NCBI GenBank assembly: GCA_965261735.1
Contig: OZ253470.1
Location: 3,680,001 to 3,744,000, forward strand
Direction of reading: 5' to 3'
Source: Alphaproteobacteria bacterium
GTDB taxonomy: Bacteria; Pseudomonadota; Alphaproteobacteria; SHVV01
Length of the DNA stretch: 64,000 bases
A model generated the notes under the pieces. It saw only the letters and a list, made by a program, of their open reading frames with translations. It had not been told where the DNA came from and ran no database searches. The position numbers and the translations under genes were made by a program. Shown here piece after piece: positions 38,005-47,891 of the stretch (position 1 is its first letter; each line of letters opens with the position of its first letter).

Positions 38005-38898
38005 GCGCGGCTATGAGCACTTCGCTGTTGCCGAGTGTGGTGATCCAGAGGTTGCCGAGCAATACCTGCCGATCATCCATCTGGTTTTCGCCAACCTGAA
38101 GACGTGGCTGATCGGTATCCACCACGGCGTTAGCCACCAGCACCTACAAGCCTACCTCAACGAGTTCACCTTCCGCTTCAACAGGCGGTTCTACCCGTTC
38201 AACGCCTTCCGCTCATTGCTCGGCATCGCGGGCGACACCTCTGCTCCAACCTATGCCGAGCTTTACTCGGGAGAGTGGTGGCACCCTACATGTAGCGGTC
38301 ATGCCTATCGTTTCGGTCGAGATGCGGCTCACGTAACGATGGCTTGGTCCTATTCTTGACGCGGCACACAAGCGGCAACCACAGGACGAATCGGGGGGAG
38401 GGCCCGCCTCGGAGACACCAATGACAACCCCGCCCTTCAAGATTCTCGTGGCCATGGCCGAGGCAGGCGAGCGCGAGGCCATGACCAGCCTGCTCGGCAC
38501 CGCCAGCCTTCCATGCCAAATCGAGAACGTCGAGCGCAGCGATCTCGCGCTCGATGCCCTCTCGAGCAAACTCTACGACTGTGCCATCGTCGATGCCGAG
38601 CTGCCGCACAACAATGGCAACGGGATCTTCGGAGCCATAAGCAAGCAGGGCATCCACACGCCCGTCATCATGCTCGGCGATGGGGGCGTTGGCGGGCGCG
38701 ACGACATGATCAAGCAGGGCGCCGCCGACTGCCTACCCCGGGAAGGCTACTCGGCGGATCAGCTCCTCCGCAGCATGTCGTACGCGGCCAGGCTGCACCG
38801 CGCCGAATCGAGGGCGGCGGAGGCGCAACAGGTCCTCTCGCACCGGACCCTTCACGACGCACTCACTGAACTGCCCAACCGCGCGCTCTTCATCGACC

Positions 38899-40003
38899 CT
38901 TTCCTATCCGGTTAACACCCATGACCGCTACATGTAGGGTGCCGCCACTCTCCCGAGTAAAGCTCGGCATAGGTTGGAGCAGAGGTGTCGCCCGCGATGC
39001 CGAGCAATGAGCGGAAGGCGTTGAACGGGTAGAACGGCCTGTTGAAGCGGAAGGTGAACTCGTTGAGGTAGGCTTGTAGGTGCTGGTGGCTAACGCCGTG
39101 GTGGATACCGATCAGCCACGTCTTCAGGTTGGCGAAAACCAGATGGATGATCGGCAGGTATTGCTCGGCAACCTCTGGATCACCACACTCGGCAACAGCG
39201 AAGTGCTCATAGCCGCGCTTCCCGAGGCCAGCATAGCCGCTCCAATCGTCAGTAACGATCAGCGATCGCGGCGCGACGGTGCTCTCGACGAACCCACAGA
39301 GCGACTCGGCGCTACGGTCGAGCACGACGGCGAGCCGAACGCGTCCGGCATAGCGTCCGTCTTTCCGGTTGTCGAGCTTGGTGCCCGGCTTTCGATGACG
39401 CACCTCGATGGCACAGGAGACGGGAACCTTGTGGTGAACACCACGGCCTTCCCCACGCGTTCGCCCGCCAACCCAGGTTTCGTCCACCTCAACATGGTTC
39501 TTGGGCTGTCCACCGATCCTGTCTTGGTTGGGCCGCACCATGCCCGAGCGGAGCTTGTGGAGAATTTGAAAGGCCGTCTCGTAGCGCGAAAGACCAAGTT
39601 GCCGCTGAAACTGCACGGCGGACATGCCGGGCGTCTGACTGGCGACCAGATAAGCGGCCCAGAACCAGACGTTCAGCGGAGTGTGGCTACGCTCCATCAC
39701 TGTTCCCACCGTCAGCCCGGTGTTCTGGCGGCACTTGCGGCAGCGCAGGACGCCAGGGCGGTTTTCAAAGTGGAACGGCTCTCCCGCCGTGCCGCAGTGC
39801 GGGCAGGCAAAGCCGTCTCCCCAGCGGGCTTTCTCCAGGTAGGCGGCGCAGGCCGCATCATCGGGGAAAAGTCGCTGGAACTCGGGTAGCGAATGCGGGA
39901 ATGGGAGATCGGCGCGGTCGAGAACATCCATGGCGCGCTCCCCTATATCCGGGTTGCGCCCATTCTAGCCCTAGTGGGTGTGGGTGTAACCCGGATAGGC
40001 AAG
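38899..40003 (-). mobile_element. IS1595-family copy C (1105 bp, complete)
   Basis: IRs at both ends; 8-bp TSD catcgacc (38891-38898, 40004-40011). Confidence 0.97.
38912..39931 (-). CDS. IS1595 (ISXO2-like) transposase
   Basis: Zn ribbon CPHC...CRKC, VEVDET, VTDDW, YLNEFTFRFN. Confidence 0.95.
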   Translation of the reverse strand: MDVLDRADLPFPHSLPEFQRLFPDDAACAAYLEKARWGDGFACPHCGTAGEPFHFENRPGVLRCRKCRQNTGLTVGTVMERSHTPLNVWFWAAYLVASQTPGMSAVQFQRQLGLSRYETAFQILHKLRSGMVRPNQDRIGGQPKNHVEVDETWVGGRTRGEGRGVHHKVPVSCAIEVRHRKPGTKLDNRKDGRYAGRVRLAVVLDRSAESLCGFVESTVAPRSLIVTDDWSGYAGLGKRGYEHFAVAECGDPEVAEQYLPIIHLVFANLKTWLIGIHHGVSHQHLQAYLNEFTFRFNRPFYPFNAFRSLLGIAGDTSAPTYAELYSGEWRHPTCSGHGC

Positions 40004-41387
40004 CATCGACCGCCTCGAGCAACTGGTCGCCTTCTCGAGCCGAGAGCAACGCCCCTTCGCGCTGCTGGTCATGGGTCTCAACCGGTTTCGCGAAATCAAC
40101 ACCAATCTGGGTCACGCCACCGGCGACGAGCTGCTCAGGGAGGTCGCGCGCCGCCTCAGCACGATCAGCCGCGATTCCGACACGCTGGCGCGCCTCGGCG
40201 GCGACGAGTTTGGCCGGTTGCTGCCGACGGCCGGGACGGTCGTCGGCGCGATTACCGCCTCCCAGCGGATCGTTGATGCGCTATCGAAGCCGATTTCGAT
40301 CCTCGGCCACAATCTCGCGGTTGGCATCAGCGTTGGCATCGCAGTCTTTCCAACCCACGGCCGCGACGCCGCCACCTTGCTGCGCCACGCCGACAAGGCA
40401 ATGCACTTGGCCAAGCGCAACAGCTGCGCCCTCACCGTCTACGCCGGCGAGGACGATCCCGACGGATTACGGCATCTGTCGTTGAGCGGCGACCTCCAGT
40501 CCGCCGTGCAGCAGAACGAGATGAGCCTGCGCTTCCAGCCCAAGGTACGCATGCAGGCGGCCACGTTTAGTGGCGTCGAGGTGCTGCTGCGCTGGAAGCA
40601 CCCCTGGCACGGCATGATCTCGCCCGACGTCTTCATCCCGCTCGCCGAACAGACCGGGATCATCGAGCCCCTGACCCGTTGGGTGCTCGACCAGGCCTTG
40701 AAGCAGCAAGCGGAGTGGCGCGCCGAGGGTTTCGACGTCTCGGTTTCGGTCAATCTCTCGCCCCGCTGGAAGACGCCGGCCGGACGGCTCTCCCTCGAGA
40801 TCACCGAATCGGCGATCATGTCGGACGTAGTTCGCGCGACCGAAACCGCGCAATGGCTGAGCGCGATGGGCGTGCGCATCTCGATCGACGACTTTGGTAC
40901 CGGTTACACGTCGTTCGCCTACATCCGCAAGCTTCCGATCAGCGAGATCAAGGTTGATAAATCGTTCGTCCTCAACATGAAGAATGCGAACGACGACGAG
41001 GTCATCGTGCGCTCCATCGTGACGCTGGGGCGCAATCTCGGGGTCGATGTCGTTGCCGAGGGCGTGGAGGATCAAGAGGCTTGGGCGCTCCTCGCCGGAC
41101 TCGCCTGCACCGAGGCCCAGGGCTACTTTATCAGCCGGCCCGTCTCGGCGAACGCGCTCGGGCGCTGGATGCGAGAGTCGCGCTGGGTGGCACACGCGCC
41201 GGCCGCTACGGACTGACGCCGCGGCTCGATCGCCGCGCCCGGCGATGCCGCCCTGGCGGCGACGAGGTGCGGCCGGCAATCCACCCCCACCGGGACAAAC
41301 ACAGCCTGATCGCCGGTTGCGCTCGGCACCCGAAAGTGAAAGCATCCCTCGCTTGGCGTGCCCGCCCCTCGGAGAACCGCAAGCGCC

Positions 41388-42023
41388 ATGATCGGCAGGC
41401 TCCTCGTGCTCGGCGTCATTTTGTGCGTGGTGGCACCGCTAGCGGCGGAGTCCGCCGCGAGCTCCGAGCAGCAGGCCGCCGCGTTCATCACCCGGCTCGG
41501 CGATGAGGCGATCGGCATCCTCGGCGCCACCGATCGCAAGTTGGAGGAGCGGGAGGCGCGCTTTCGGGCTCTGTTTGGTGAGGGCTTCGACCTCGCCTTC
41601 ATCGGCCGCTTCGCGCTCGGCCGCTACTGGCGCGCCACATCGCCGGAACAGCGTGGCGACTACCAAAGGCTGTTTAAGGCGTACGTCCTGCGGATTTACT
41701 CCTCGCGGCTCGGGGGCTACGCCGGCGAGACGTTCGAGGTAACCGGCGTCAAGCGCGCCGGGGAAAAGGACTACCTCGTCAGCACGCGGATACGCCGCCC
41801 GAGCGGCTCGCCGCTCCTTGCGGACTGGCGCGTTCGAGTGATCGACGGGGCCCACCGCATCATCGACGTCATGGTTGCCGGCGTCAGCATGGTGGTGACG
41901 CAACGCTCGGAATTCTCGGCCGTTATTCAAAAGCACGGTTTCGATGGCCTGCTCGAAGCGCTGCGCGCCCGTACCGACCGGATGGTGGCAGCGACCTCGG
42001 CGCAGGCGGGGGCGCGGCCATGA
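41388..42023 (+). CDS. mlaC: MlaC/Ttg2D phospholipid-binding protein
   Basis: Signal peptide, FDLAFIGRFALGRYW, DWRV, IIDVMVAGVSMVVTQRSEF. Confidence 0.85.
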   Translation: MIGRLLVLGVILCVVAPLAAESAASSEQQAAAFITRLGDEAIGILGATDRKLEEREARFRALFGEGFDLAFIGRFALGRYWRATSPEQRGDYQRLFKAYVLRIYSSRLGGYAGETFEVTGVKRAGEKDYLVSTRIRRPSGSPLLADWRVRVIDGAHRIIDVMVAGVSMVVTQRSEFSAVIQKHGFDGLLEALRARTDRMVAATSAQAGARP

Positions 42024-42865
42024 CGGGGAGCCGCGGTGCGCAGGGTACGGGGGCGCACGCCGCAACGCGCGTTGCCGCCGTGTTCCTTGCCGCAGCCCTG
42101 CTCCTGTCGGCGCCAGCCGCCCGAGCCGACTTCGCCGCCGGTTGGGCCGCCTATCAAGCCGGCGACTTTGGCCCGGCGCTCGCACAATGGCGGGCCCTCG
42201 CCGAGCAGGGTGATCCCAGATCGCAATTCAACCTCGGTGTCATGTACGACGAGGGCAAGGGTGTCGACCGCGACCTCGCGATGGCACGGGGGTGGTGGCG
42301 CAAGGCGGCCGAGCACGGTTTCGCCGCCGCCCAGCACAGCCTCGCCCAAGTGTTCATTGCCGGCGAGGAACAGGCGCCGGATTTTGCGCGCGCCCGCCTG
42401 TGGCTCGAAAAGGCCGCGGCGCAAAACTTCGCACGCTCGCAATACACGCTGGGCAAGCTCTACGACTACGGCCTCGGCGTCGAGCGTGACAGGCGCAAGG
42501 CGTCCGAATTGTTCCTCACGGCCGGGCGCCAGGGTTTTGCCCGCGCCCAGTACAACCTCGGCAAATTGTACCGCGACGGCCGTGGCGGGCTCGAAGCCAA
42601 CCTCGGGGAGGCTGTGGCGTGGTTCCGCAAGGCAGCGATGCAGGGCCACGCCAAGGCCCAGGAGCACCTCGCTACGCGCTACGCTCGCGGGGAAGGCGTG
42701 GCGCGCGACGACGTCGCCGCACTTGCCTGGCTCAACCTCGCCGCCGCGCAGGGTTTGGAGACGGCCATCAACAACCGCAAGGCACTGGTCCTGCGCCTGT
42801 CGGAGGGCGAGATATCCGCGGCCAAGAGATTGAGCAATGAGCTCGCGGGTCAGGTCGGCAAGTAG
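42020..42865 (+). CDS. Secreted Sel1-repeat protein
   Basis: Repeated AxQG..AQxNLGxxYxxGxGV units after a signal peptide. Confidence 0.92.
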   Translation: MTGSRGAQGTGAHAATRVAAVFLAAALLLSAPAARADFAAGWAAYQAGDFGPALAQWRALAEQGDPRSQFNLGVMYDEGKGVDRDLAMARGWWRKAAEHGFAAAQHSLAQVFIAGEEQAPDFARARLWLEKAAAQNFARSQYTLGKLYDYGLGVERDRRKASELFLTAGRQGFARAQYNLGKLYRDGRGGLEANLGEAVAWFRKAAMQGHAKAQEHLATRYARGEGVARDDVAALAWLNLAAAQGLETAINNRKALVLRLSEGEISAAKRLSNELAGQVGK

Positions 42866-42956
42866 GCGGCCCCGACGCCGACCGCCGACGAGGCTGACAG
42901 CCGCGGCGATTACTGGTAACTAAGTCCCCCCGCGTAACGACACGGCGAACAAGTCG

Positions 42957-44003
42957 ATGGGGGCTGGTTTTCGCGTGCGCCTCGGCGTTCTGCTGATTTG
43001 CGCGCCGCTCTTCTTCCTGGCGTCGGTGGCCCAGCCCGTAGCTCAAGGAGAGCTTCCGGCGGCGCTTGCCGCCGAGATTGCCGCCGCTGCCGAGGACAAC
43101 CGTGTACTCGACGGCCGCGATCACGCGATAGGTAGCCAGCTTCGCAGCGCCCCGCTCGCGCAAACCATCGCCCTCCGTCATCGCCAAGCGACCGGCGCCC
43201 GCATGGGCGCCGTGGTCGTCAACGCGATCGCCACCCACCCCGCGCTCGTCGAAGACATCGTCGCGGCCGCGATCGCCGCCGCGCCCGAGTCGGAGGCCCG
43301 CATCGTGGCCGCCGCCCGTGCGGCGTTCCCGGCCTTCGCCGAGCGTATCGCGACGGCCGCACGCGGCGGGCCGCGGGTCCGCGGCGGCGGCGCCCGGCCG
43401 ACGCCCGTGCGCGCGGCACCGCGGCTGCCGGAGGTGCCCAACGATCCACTCGAGGGCCTCAACCGGATCACCTTCGCGGTCAACGACGTGCTCGACCTTT
43501 TCGTCCTGCGGCCGATCGCCGCCCTCTACGGATTCGTGACGCCGCAGCCGATGAAGGACGCGATCTGGCGCGCGTTTACCAACCTCGGTGCCCCCGTCGT
43601 GCTGGCGAACGATCTACTGCAACTCGACCTGCCGGGTGCCGCGGAGACCGCCGGGCGATTCGCCGTCAACAGCACGGTTGGCGTCGCCGGCCTTTTTGAC
43701 GTCGCCGCCAGGTTGGGCCTCGAGAAACACGAGGCGGATTTCGGCCAGACGCTGTTCTCCTACGGCGTCGGCCCCGGGCCCTACCTCGTGCTGCCGGTGC
43801 TCGGGCCGAGCACGTTGCGCGACGGCACCGGTATCGTCGAGCGCGAATCCCTGCTCGTGTCGCTCGAGGAATTGCGGCGGACCTCGGTCGATTACTATTC
43901 CGCGCTGCGCGCCGCCTACTACCAGAACCGAGCGCTCGCACTCGGCGGCGACGAGGTGCCGGCAGGCTCCAACATCGACGCGATGTTCGATGCGGCGGAA
44001 TAG
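42957..44003 (+). CDS. mlaA: MlaA/VacJ-family protein with Ala-rich N-terminal extension and a probable internal deletion
   Basis: DPLEGLNR, RFAVNSTVGVAGLFDVA, DFGQTL, GPYLVLPVLGPSTLRD, DYYSALRAAY. Confidence 0.82.
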   Translation: MGAGFRVRLGVLLICAPLFFLASVAQPVAQGELPAALAAEIAAAAEDNRVLDGRDHAIGSQLRSAPLAQTIALRHRQATGARMGAVVVNAIATHPALVEDIVAAAIAAAPESEARIVAAARAAFPAFAERIATAARGGPRVRGGGARPTPVRAAPRLPEVPNDPLEGLNRITFAVNDVLDLFVLRPIAALYGFVTPQPMKDAIWRAFTNLGAPVVLANDLLQLDLPGAAETAGRFAVNSTVGVAGLFDVAARLGLEKHEADFGQTLFSYGVGPGPYLVLPVLGPSTLRDGTGIVERESLLVSLEELRRTSVDYYSALRAAYYQNRALALGGDEVPAGSNIDAMFDAAE

Positions 44004-44038
44004 CGCCCTGCCGGCGCGCGCAGGTTCCGGAGCGGTAC

Positions 44039-44650
44039 ATGGATAGATTCGGTCCCGACGTCACGCTGAACGACCCTGCCTTCATTCACCCAAGCGCCCA
44101 GATCTACGGCAAGGTCACGATCGAGCGCGGCGCATCGGTGTGGCCCAACGCGGTGATTCGCTCCGAGATGCTCGAAGTCGTTATCGGCCCCTTTGCGAAT
44201 ATTCAGGATTTCTGCATGATTCATGTGGGCGATCGGACCGGCACCTATGTCGGCGCCCACTGCTCGATCACACACCACACCACCATTCACGGCGCCCGCA
44301 TCGGCGACAACTGCCTGATCGGCATCAACGCCACGATCATGGACGGCTGCGAGGTCGGCGAAAATAGCATCGTCGCCGGCGGCAGCTTTCTCCCCGAGGG
44401 CACGCTGATCCCGGCGAACTCCGTGGTCATGGGCCTGCCGGGCAAGGTCGTGCGCAGTGAGAACAACTGGATCCGCAGCCGGATGAATGCCTGGCTCTAC
44501 CACACCAACGCCAAGGCGTACGCGGCGGGCCAGCATCGAGCGTGGGCGGGAGAAGAGGGGCTGGACGCGGCTCGAGCCGAGGTAGAGCGCCTTAAAGCCG
44601 AGTTCGCCCGAGTGAACGGCGCCGGCGGTGCGAGCGAGGGGGGCCATTGA
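44039..44650 (+). CDS. Gamma-class carbonic anhydrase family (hexapeptide repeat) protein
   Basis: FIHPSAQIYG, NIQDFCMIH, ITHHTTIHG (three His ligands). Confidence 0.9.
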   Translation: MDRFGPDVTLNDPAFIHPSAQIYGKVTIERGASVWPNAVIRSEMLEVVIGPFANIQDFCMIHVGDRTGTYVGAHCSITHHTTIHGARIGDNCLIGINATIMDGCEVGENSIVAGGSFLPEGTLIPANSVVMGLPGKVVRSENNWIRSRMNAWLYHTNAKAYAAGQHRAWAGEEGLDAARAEVERLKAEFARVNGAGGASEGGH

Positions 44651-45906
44651 GTGGCCCGTCCGCGGCGCGCCGCCTCGCGAGCCTCGACGACCTCGAGGTC
44701 GCCGGGCGGCGGGCACTGGTGCGGGCCGACCTGAACGTCCCGATGGACGGCGACAGGCCGACCGACACGCTGCGCCTGGAGCGCTTGGCCCCGACACTCA
44801 GGGAGCTCGCCTCGCGCGACGCACGCACCATCGTCATCTCGCACCGCGGCCGACCCAAGGGCACCTACGATGCCGGGCAATCGCTGCGCCCGGTCGCGGT
44901 TGCGCTGGCGCGAGTTTTGGGGTCGCCGGTCACGTTCGCCGAGGACTGCGTCGGCGCCGCGGCGCGGCGCGTCGTCGACGCCCTCGGGCCGGGCGAGTTC
45001 GCCGTCCTCGAAAACTTGCGCTTCCATCCGGGCGAGGAAGCCAACGACCCGGCGTTCGTCGCGGCACTGGCGGCCCACGCCGATGCCTTCATCAACGACG
45101 CGTTCTCCAGCGCCCACCGAGCGCATGCCTCGACGGTGGGGCTGGCCAGCGTGCTGCCGGCAGCCGCCGGACGCGGCATGGAGGCCGAGCTCGAGGCGCT
45201 CGGCAAGGCCCTCGACGATCCAGCCAGACCGCTCGCAGCGATCATCGGAGGCGCCAAGGTATCGAGCAAGATCGCGGTCCTGGAGAACCTCGTCGCGCGG
45301 ACCGACATCATTATCATCGGCGGCGGCATGGCCAACACGTTCCTCCTCGCCCAGGGGATTGCCGTCGGATCGAGCCTGTGTGAGCCCGATTTCGTCCCGG
45401 TCGCGCACGCCATCCTAGCGCGCGCGGAGGAGACGGGTTGCGCCGTCGTGCTGCCCGGGGATGCGGTGGTCGCCCGCGAGCTCGCCGCGGGCGTGGCCCA
45501 CCACGCGGTGTCCATCGACGCGGTCCCCGTGGACATGATGATCCTCGATGTCGGCGCGGCGACGGCGGCCGCCATCGGAGCTCGTCTCGAAGCCGCGAGG
45601 ACGCTGGTATGGAACGGCCCCCTGGGCGCCTTCGAGACGCCGCCGTTCGACGCCGGAACCAGCGCCGTGGCCCGCGCCGCGGCCGACCTTACGCGTCGCG
45701 GGCAGCTCCTCAGCATCGCCGGCGGCGGCGATACGGTGGCGGCCCTCGCCGGCGCCGGCGTGGATGCCCAATTCACCTACCTGTCGGCGGCTGGCGGCGC
45801 GTTCCTCGACTGGCTCGGGGGCAAGGCTCTGCCGGGGGTCGAGGCGCTGCGCAAGCCCGTCCCCGCAGGACTTGCACCGGAGCGCCCCGTTACCGAGGAT
45901 AGCTGA
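44647..45906 (+). CDS. pgk: Phosphoglycerate kinase
   Basis: LVRADLNVP, LENLRF, AHRAHAS, GGAKVSSK, GGGMANTF, WNGPLG, GGGDT. Confidence 0.96.
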   Translation: MSGPSAARRLASLDDLEVAGRRALVRADLNVPMDGDRPTDTLRLERLAPTLRELASRDARTIVISHRGRPKGTYDAGQSLRPVAVALARVLGSPVTFAEDCVGAAARRVVDALGPGEFAVLENLRFHPGEEANDPAFVAALAAHADAFINDAFSSAHRAHASTVGLASVLPAAAGRGMEAELEALGKALDDPARPLAAIIGGAKVSSKIAVLENLVARTDIIIIGGGMANTFLLAQGIAVGSSLCEPDFVPVAHAILARAEETGCAVVLPGDAVVARELAAGVAHHAVSIDAVPVDMMILDVGAATAAAIGARLEAARTLVWNGPLGAFETPPFDAGTSAVARAAADLTRRGQLLSIAGGGDTVAALAGAGVDAQFTYLSAAGGAFLDWLGGKALPGVEALRKPVPAGLAPERPVTEDS

Positions 45907-45931
45907 GCGATAGGGGCTTGCAGATTCAGCC

Positions 45932-46588
45932 ATGACACAAACGACCGACATTGACGACGCGCAGGCGCGGTTCGCCGAAATCCGGGATCTCAAGGACACG
46001 GTCGCGGCACTACGCGAGGAGTTGGAGACGACACACCGCGACGAGCAGGACGCCATCAAGCGTGCGATTGCCGAGGCCAACGACGAGATCAGTCAGCTCA
46101 AGGGAACGGGCACGGCGCTCCGGGCCGAGCTCGAGGCGGCGTCGTTCGAGAGGGCGGACGCCGTGCAGCGCGTTATCGACACGGCCACGGCCGAGATCGC
46201 CCAGCTCAAGGAGACGGCGACGACCCTACGCGAGGAATTGGAGCGCGCGAGAATCGACAAGACCGAGAGCGTCATGGAGGCGCACAGCCTTGCCAGCGGC
46301 GAGATCAGCCAGCTGCGCACGACCATGGCGGCGCTGCGCGAAGAACTGGAGCAGGTACGCCTCGAAAAGAGCGAAAGCGTACAAGCGGCGACGGCCGTCG
46401 GTGCCAACGAGATCGCCCAACTCGAGGCCACCGTAGCGGCCTTGCGCGCCGACATGGAACGCAACAAGATGATGTTCGAGGACGCGATGAGCGAGGCCAA
46501 GCGCGCCGCGCGTGACGTCGAGAGCCAGTTGCACCAAACCATTTCCGCACTGCGGCAGGAGCTCGAGGGGCCCCATGGAAGCGACTAA
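45932..46588 (+). CDS. Coiled-coil protein of six 36-aa tandem repeats (unknown function)
   Basis: EIxQLxxTxxALRxELE recurs every 36 aa; the stop overlaps the cyclase start. Confidence 0.85.
   Translation: MTQTTDIDDAQARFAEIRDLKDTVAALREELETTHRDEQDAIKRAIAEANDEISQLKGTGTALRAELEAASFERADAVQRVIDTATAEIAQLKETATTLREELERARIDKTESVMEAHSLASGEISQLRTTMAALREELEQVRLEKSESVQAATAVGANEIAQLEATVAALRADMERNKMMFEDAMSEAKRAARDVESQLHQTISALRQELEGPHGSD
45977..46570 (+). repeat. Degenerate 108-bp coding tandem repeat (five full units plus a partial sixth)
   Basis: Unit starts at 45977, 46085, 46193, 46301, 46409 and 46517. Confidence 0.85.
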
Positions 46589-47891
46589 ACAGCGTAAACG
46601 CAAGACCGTGTCCGTACCCGAGATGGCGCCCGCCGAGCGCGATCGGCGGCTGCGGGAAACCGAGATGCTGCTCAGCGTCACCAGGCGCGTGGCGGCAACC
46701 GACACCCTCGATGACATTCTCGAGACCCTGGTCGAGATCATCACCGCCGAGACAGGCGCCGAGCGCGGCTCGTTGTTCCTCAATGACAGCAGGACCAACG
46801 AGCTATACTCGCGCGTCGCCCTCGGCGAGTACACGCGCGAAATACGCGTGATGAACACGACCGGTGTCGCCGGCCACGTGTACACCGCCGGCGTCGGCAT
46901 CATCGTGACCGATGCCTATGCCGACGAGCACTTCAACGCCGCCGTCGACGAGCAGGGCGGATTCGTCACCAAGAGCATCCTGTGTGCCCCGGTAAAGACG
47001 GTGACCGGCGACGTCATCGGCGTCGCCCAGACGCTCAACAAGCTCGCGGGGCGCTTCACCAAGGAGGACCTGGCGCTCCTCGAGGCCATGTGCACCCAGG
47101 CCTCGGCGGCACTTCGAAGCTCGCAGTTCGTCGAGCAGCTCGAGCGCTCGCGTGCCCAGGAGCTCGAGTTCCTCGACGTCGTCTCCGACGTCACCACCGA
47201 AATCGACATCAGCACCCTGGTGCGCAAGGTGATGAGCGAGGCGACGCGGATGTTGAACGCCGAGCGCTCGACCCTGTTCCTCAACGACGACAAGACGGCC
47301 GAGCTGTGGTCGGAGGTCGGCGAGGGCCTGGAGGCGACGCAAATCCGCCTCCCCAACCACGTCGGCATCGCCGGCACCGTGTACACGACCGGCAAGTCCG
47401 TCAACATCCCACACGCCTACGCCGACTTGCGCTTTAACCCGGCGTTCGACAAGCAGACCGGCTACTTCACGCGCTCGATCCTGTGCGTGCCGGTCGTCAA
47501 CAAGAACGGCAAGACGATCGGCGTCACCCAAGTGCTCAACAAGCGCGGCGGGCCCTTCACCGACGAGGGCGGCTGCGCGCGTTTACCGCACAGGTCTCCA
47601 TAGGCATGGAGAACGCCAAGCTCTTCGACGACGTCCAGACGATGAAGAACTACAACGAGAGCATGCTCGAGAGCATGTCGAACGGCGTCCTCACGCTCGA
47701 CGAAGACGGCAAGATCATCACCTGCAACAGCGCCGGATTGAAGATCATGCAGGTCGCGCCCGCGGACATCCTCAACCGCACCGCCGAGGCCTTCTTCGCC
47801 GGTGCCAATGACTGGATCCTGGAGCGCGTGAAGCGCGTCGAAGAGACGCAGGTGGTCGATGTGTCCATGGACGCCGAGCTCGAGTTCGGCG

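Larger units (their letters stand above)
33059..38303 (+). mobile_element. IS1595-family copy B, interrupted by IS21 and IS256; right IR missing
   Basis: Left IR at 33059; transposase in three pieces (33131-33465, 36225-36610, 38013-38303); identity stops about 21 bp before the normal end. Confidence 0.93.
38421..41216 (+). pseudogene. REC-GGDEF-EAL c-di-GMP enzyme split by IS1595 copy C
   Basis: Removing the IS and one TSD restores HDALTELPNRALFIDR-LEQ... in frame. RLGGDEF, EVLLRW, IDDFGTGY and VAEGVE are present; there is an apparent in-frame deletion between VNLSPR and WKTP. Confidence 0.92.
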
